Of a stretch of DNA of 64,000 bases, positions 57,831 through 64,000 are shown one piece after another. The first letter of the stretch is position 1; every line of letters starts with the position of its first letter. A model generated the notes under the pieces. It saw nothing but the letters and a program-made list of their open reading frames with translations, had not been told where the DNA came from and searched no databases. This stretch comes from the human T2T-CHM13v2.0 reference genome, Homo sapiens. The DNA lies in assembly GCF_009914755.1 (NCBI RefSeq), contig NC_060930.1. The stretch is one strand, 5' to 3'. The position numbers and the translations under genes were made by a program.

Positions 57831-59614
57831 TGGACACTTCTTAAACACACCAGCTTTAGCGTTTGGGAAACACAAAACAGAAACATTCTAGCCAAATGGG
57901 CAGAGGAGGCAAATGTAGTTTGTCTGTGTTATTTATTACATTTTATGGTAGTTATTATTGCACATAGGCATTTTATATGCTATATGTTAAATGTGCCCTT
58001 AGGCATACTCGGAAATATCAAGGGGGAAGAGAGTGAGAGAAAGGCCTTGCCATTAAGTTTTATAGTGTTGTAATCCTCAAAATACATATCAGTTTCTCAA
58101 GTCAACAGGCTCTACCTGCTCATAAGAACAGTACACTCACTGTGTAGTAAAAAGGCAGAGGGCGGAAGTATCAGTCATTATCTCCTGGTGCATTCCTACC
58201 TTTTTGCTCAACAACTGTAATAAATTCAGTGACGCTTAGCTGTCACTCACTTCTGGATACAAGAGGTTGGAGCAGAAGAGCTTTAAACAGAACTGCTTCC
58301 ATGGCCCATCTGAGGCTATGGCACATTGTGTCATGTATGATTACCGGATAATTGCAGCAAGTCTTTCATGGCACATCCCCAAAGAGTGTCACACTGGCCC
58401 TGTAGCAACCAGCAGGCAATCTGACCATAGTGTACTTATGCCTAATCTCTATTTCTCAAGCATCAAATAAATTGTCCTTTTTATGAGATTGTATATTATC
58501 CTGCAGCAGGTCAAACAATTCTAGAATTTGGTCAACACTATTCAGATATTAGAGGTGTTCATTTGGAAAAGTATGTTTTTCATTGGCTCTGTGCTTAGCC
58601 ACAGTGCAACCACACCCCCAGTCTGAGCATTATTAATAATAATGAAGTCTTAACATTATTGTCATTTCATAACTATTACTGGGCACCCAAAGTTTAATAA
58701 TGAGTTTGTAGAATTACCAAGGAAAATTATACTTCTGAATCTTGGGCTGAGTTTTACACAGCCCAATCATTATGTTAAATGATTATTTCAAGCTTTAATT
58801 TTCTATTTTTTTAATGAATGCCATACATTACTGTCTAATAGAAACTATTCAATCAAGCAGTCTTCTAGTCTTGCCTAAATGCTTCCAGTGATCAAGAATT
58901 TTTACCTCTCTGACATATTCTGTTCTAAGGTAGTAGAGTAGTTTTAATACTGATGTAGTTCTGGTATATTCAGCAGTGGTTGGCACATAACAGAGCTAAA
59001 AATATTAACTCACAAGCTTTGGATTAGGTAGTTATAGCTTCAGATCTCATTTCTACTTCTTTAAGGCTGTGATATTGGAGACATTAATCTTGTAAGCCAC
59101 ACTTTCATCATCTATGAAATGTGGCTGAATATTTACCTTATAGGGCTTTTTGTAAGTACTAAATGTGAAGTGCTTAGAACAACATTTGGCAATACTGGGC
59201 ATCAATAAATGGTAGTGAGATACAACATTATTGCCACCCTGTGATGAGTTCTCCCTTGTACCTCTCACTCCATGACTCTCACCCATTTGGGCCATTAGAA
59301 TTGCAGTCTAAAGCTTCCAGTGCTTTAAAAGGGTGACTTCAAGTGACACAAGACTTCAGGTTGTCAAATTCTTCAAGAAGGATCTGGATGAATTAATGAC
59401 CCAATTCCTCCCTACCCTGGTTCCTCCCATTCTCTGACTACATGAAGATTCTGAAGTAATCCATTGGCCCTAAGAGCCAAAAAATTGGTGCAATTCCAAA
59501 TAAAAGGGATAAATTACTCTCCTCCTCTGAGCTGAGGAGGAATTAGAGAAGAAAGAATGTGAGACTTTAACTGTTCTCCAGACACTATTCACCTTGGTGC
59601 TCCCTACCCCTTAC

Positions 59615-59713
59615 CCAACATGGTGAAACCCCATCTGTAGTAAAAACACAAAAATTAGCCGGGTGTAATGGCACGTGCCCGTAATCCCAGCTACTCGAGA
59701 GGCTGAAGCAGGA
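59615..59713 (+). mobile_element. Internal Alu fragment (no head, no tail)
   Basis: CCAACATGGTGAAACCCCATCT...CCCAGCTACTCGAGAGGCTGAAGCAGGA only. Confidence 0.85.
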
Positions 59714-60529
59714 ACTCAGGAGCTGTAGGAGGAACTCAGGAGGAGCCATCATATATCATATATGGTTTGCATACATGCAGATGTACCCGCCCAAGAAGGA
59801 AGTGAGAGGTGGAGTCTCACTTGTGCCTCCTTAACTAAGTCCCATACTCTGTTGCTGGGCTGGGGGAAGGAGACCCTTTTTCTTCCCACAAAAGCACCAA
59901 GCCATACTGTATATAACCGCATTGACTCAGAGGTGAGGCTTCATCTAATTCGCAGGAAGATAGTGGAGGCATTAGATGGATAAATTTGTGGGCATTGCAC
60001 TGCGCTGTTTTCCCACAGCCTTGAGAGTCAACAGATTCTCTGAAGCATTTCCCAGGCTGTTATACTCTGGGAAACATGAAGCAGAGACTGTGAAAGGGCA
60101 AACTGTTAGGCCAAAGATCTTAGGCAGTTCCAGAGTTTTACACAGCCCAAGGAGCTCTGGGAATTGCCAGATATCTTCTTTGGCTGAGAATAGTCCAGGT
60201 ACAACCCTGACAGCATGAGGACCTGAGGGATCCTCAGGCTGGGATATAAGGGTTTGGTGTGGAAACCTCAGCGATGACAGTGTGGAAGGCTGACTATCCT
60301 TGAGGACTGGATTGGCCTGAAAACTGAAGACCTCAACACCATATAACAAGAGTGGAAAGCCTTAGGAGGGCAAGGATTTTTGCCAACTTTGTTCTGTGAT
60401 GTATGTCTGACATATAGGCACTCAATAAATACTTGTTTAAAGAATGGAGGAACAAAGGAAGGAATAAGACAGATGAGGACCAAGGATTATGTGCTCCCTT
60501 TCCACTGATGTCAAGGTGAATTAGTTAAC

Positions 60530-61412
60530 AACTTCTGCATAATAATATTATTACAAACTTTGCCATTTAAAATAACACACATTTATTAATCTCATAGTTT
60601 CTATGGGTAGGGAATGCCAGGTAGGCTTAGCTAAGTACCTCTGCTTAGAGTCTTATAAGACTGCAGCCAGGCCAGGCATAGTGGCTGTGCCTATAGTCCC
60701 AGCACTTTGGGAGGCTGAGGTGGGAGGATCACTTGAGGCCAGGAGTTGAAGATCAGCCATGGCAACATAGCAAGACCTCGTCTCTACAAAACAATTTTAA
60801 AAATCAGTCATGCATGGTGGTTTGCACATGTAGTCCCAGCTACTCGGGAGGCTAAGGTGGGAAGATCACTTGAGTCCAGGACATTGAGGCTGCAAGTGAG
60901 CCGTGATTGTGCCACTGCACTCTAGCCTTGGTGACAGAGCAAGACCTTATCTCAAAAACAAAACAAAAAGACTGCTGAGGCTATGATCTCATCTGAAGCC
61001 TGACTTGGGGAGGACCCACTTCCAAGTTCACTCAGGTTGTTGGTAAATTTTATTTCTTTTGCAGCTGTAGAACTTCTCTTTTGTGGTAGTAGCCTCTTTT
61101 GCTGGCTGACTGTTGGCTGGAAGCCATCCTCAGCCAGAGGGCTGCCCACTCACCATGTGCAGTTCCCCAACATGGCTGCTTGCTTCCTCAAACCAACAAG
61201 AGAGGAAGAAGTCGGCACCACAGTCTTATGTAACATAATCACACACATACAATTGAATACATGGAATCATTAAAATCCCATCACTTTTGCCATAACCTAT
61301 TGGTTCAAAGCAAGTCATAGGTTCTGCCCACACTCAATGGGAAGCGACCACAGAAGGCATGAATATCAGGAGGCAGGGATTATAGGGGCCACCTTAAGAT
61401 TCCTTCTGTAAC
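60530..61412 (-). mobile_element. MLT1-type LTR interrupted by an AluJ
   Basis: ACATTTATTAATCTCATAGTTTCT..., CCATCACTTTTGCCATA...GCAAGTCATAGG. Confidence 0.65.
60670..60970 (+). mobile_element. AluJ
   Basis: Dimeric Alu, TSD around aagactgc. Confidence 0.88.
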
Positions 61413-63009
61413 ACAGGGCACAGTTATTGTTTTCAGAATCAAACCTGGGAGAATGTGGAGGGGGAGAATCTTGAACTGACCTAGTTTACACCGAATAGCT
61501 TTTTTCCTACAATTGGGCACTTGAGATAAAATCTGATAGACTTATAAGAAATAAAATTACATTTTGCAGACCTTAATATGTAATTTTAAAATTTCTACCT
61601 AGCCATAGGAACTACTGACTTTATATTAGCAAATGTGCCTCCACTCTAATTTCTATCTCGTGGTCATATTTCTACCTGTTGGTGCCATAGAAATATAATT
61701 TATCTTTTACCTGATAACCCTTCAAATATTTTAACAAGGATACACTGTGTCTGAAAATTCCTCTAAGTTAGTATTCTTAGGCTTGTTAATCATGTATCAC
61801 ACAAAAGTTTTCTAGATTTTTCCAAAGTAGTTGCTACTATCTCTACATGCCCAAATATATTTGTCTCTTTTAAAGACAAGTGCCTAAAACTAGGTTTTGT
61901 GTTTTATATAAAAAATTTTATCTAGAATTATCTAATTTCTGCTAAATGGGATTATATTTCTCTTGTTGGTATAATGATAAAGAACTTTTAAAACAATGGG
62001 AATAACATTCTAAGAAAAACAACATACTATAGCAACAACTCTGAGGATGTAGTAGGAATTTGAGCTTTGTCACCTCTTTTAGACTCTTCATAAATGCTAA
62101 CAATTATTGTGATTTTTATAAAGATAATAATTATTGTCAGTAAGAAATCATTACTGATAGCATCTACTTATAAAATGTAATTAATTAGTTTAAAAGTAAA
62201 TATTATGTAATTAGAATGATTGCATACTATCTTATTTATAAAATAAGATAGAAAATGTGGAGAACATTACGGATGTTTTTAAAATGTGAGAAAATGGCAG
62301 ATGGCATAAACATCAGTAAAATCCAAATGAAATATCAACCTATTCAGAAAATAAAACAATTTTGTAAGGATTTTGTATTTCTCACTTTTCTGTTATGTTA
62401 CGCCAGCAATGACTTGGTTTCTGGTGATGTCGAAGATGATTGCATGTTAGACAACGTAATTCTAGCATTAAAGGTATTACTTTGTGCATCGACAACTGCC
62501 ACCATCTTTCCAGATTTCTCAAATTGCATGAGTAGCTTGCAAGCTGACATAATTATGCTGCTCTCATTAGCAATTTAAGTACAGCTGGAAAAAGCTTATT
62601 AGGATCTTATACCAGTGGTTCCCAATGAGAATCCTGCAATGTCCTGCAGTAGCTAGGGAGCCACTATGCCCCAGGGATGTTTTGTCACTGCTCTTGAAAT
62701 GCATTGTCTCTTTCTAAGCATTATACAGCATGGCCTCATGGGTACAGCTGGGGAATAGATCAAGATTTACAAGGTTTATTCCTGCCCCTGGAGCAGATTT
62801 CTGGGAAACCAAAAAAGGAACACATAACAGATATGTCTGTATCAGCAAAACTTAGTGGAGTAAAACTTTCCTGTTTAGTAACATGAAACCATTTTATAAG
62901 GGTTTAAATTTTGCACTTGCTTATTCTCAATTTTTATCCATTTTGTCTATTTCCCCACCCATATTTTGTTGGCCTCCCTCTATCACCCCCAAAGCTCTTT
63001 TTGTTTTGT

Positions 63010-63670
63010 TTTGAATTCTGGTAACATATACATGAAATTTATCACTTTAACCATTTTTAAGTATATAGTTGAGTAGTGTTAAGTCCATTTACACTGTTGT
63101 GTAGCCAATCTCCAGAACTCTTTTCATCTTGGAAAACTGAAACTCCTATACACATTAAACAACTCCCTATCATCCTCATCCCTGCACCGCAGTCCTTTGA
63201 AACCTTTATTCTACTTTGTGTCTCTATAAATTCCACTACTCTAAGTACCTCATATAAATGGAATCATGGAATATTTGTCGTTTTATGCCTGGCTTATTTC
63301 AGTCAGCATAAAGTCCTCAAGGTTATCCACATTATAGCACATGTCAGAATTTTCTTCCTTTTTAAAAAGCTGACTTGCCACATTTTGTTTATCCATTCAC
63401 CCATCGGCGGACACTTGGGTTGCTTCCTTCTTTTGGCTATTGTGAATAATATTGCTGTGAACTTGGGTGCACAGTTATCTCTGAGGATTGTTTTCAGTTC
63501 TTTTGGGTATATGGACAAAAGCGGAACTGATGGATCATATGGTTATTATGTTTTTAATTTTTTGAAGAACTGCTGTACTGTTTTACATAGCAGCTGCATC
63601 ATTTTACATTCCCATCAATAATAGGCAAGGATTCCAATTTTTTCACATCCTTGCCAGCACTTATTTTTTG
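63010..63670 (-). mobile_element. L1MB-like 3' fragment
   Basis: TTTATCCATTCACCCATCGGCGGACACTTGGGTTGC...CATTTTACATTCCCATCAA, antisense L1 ORF2 end/3'UTR. Confidence 0.8.
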
Positions 63671-63679
63671 TTTTTACAG

Positions 63680-64000
63680 TAGTTTTTATGGTCAGAATTG
63701 TGTCCTTTCCAAATTTCTATGTTGCAGTCCCAATCCCCAGTGCCTCTGAATGTAACCATATTTGGGGATAGGACCTTCGGGGGGTAATTGAGCTAAAATG
63801 AGGCATTTAGGGTGGGCCAGAATCCAATCCGATTGATGACCTTACAAGAAGAGGAGATTAGAATATACAGAGAGAAAGCAAGGATGTGCACACACAAAGA
63901 ACAGGCCATGCCAGGACACAGCAAGAAGACAGCCATCTGAAAGTGAAGGACAGAGACGTCAGAAGAAACCAAACCTGCCGGCACCTTGATCCTGGACCTC
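63680..64000 (+). mobile_element. MLT1-type LTR (runs off the window end)
   Basis: GAATTGTGTCC...AATGTAACCATATTTGG...GAAGAAACCAAACCTGCCGGCACCTTGATC. Confidence 0.7.

Noticed and set aside
63076-63621. 181-aa hydrophobic ORF
   Set aside because: Antisense reading of an old L1 3' fragment.

Overview
Primate (very likely human) genomic DNA at the 5' end of ME1, the cytosolic NADP-dependent malic enzyme gene, which lies on the minus strand. Coding exon 1 (24083-24160, MEPEAPRRRHTHQRGYLLTRNPHLNK) sits in a CpG-island promoter that carries an ARE/AP-1 site. Exon 2 (974-1107) follows a ~23 kb intron 1. The rest is repeat-rich intron and upstream intergenic DNA: more than 20 Alus, MaLR/ERVL/ERV1 solo LTRs, old L1/L2/L3 and hAT fragments. 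Three products of the L1 machinery stand out: (i) a young L1PA2/3-like copy with a twin-priming 5' inversion and an unusually large (~1 kb) gap at the inversion point; (ii) a 6.7 kb HERV-W/HERV17 processed retrocopy (R-U5...U3-R, A-rich tail, TSD) whose 5' end maps to the cap site; (iii) a ~110 bp polyadenylated copy of just an LTR R region in ME1 intron 1. I see no evidence for a novel protein-coding system. Most ORFs in the supplied track are Alu or GC-rich artefacts. Repeat subfamily names come from recalled consensus sequences and repeat boundaries are approximate.
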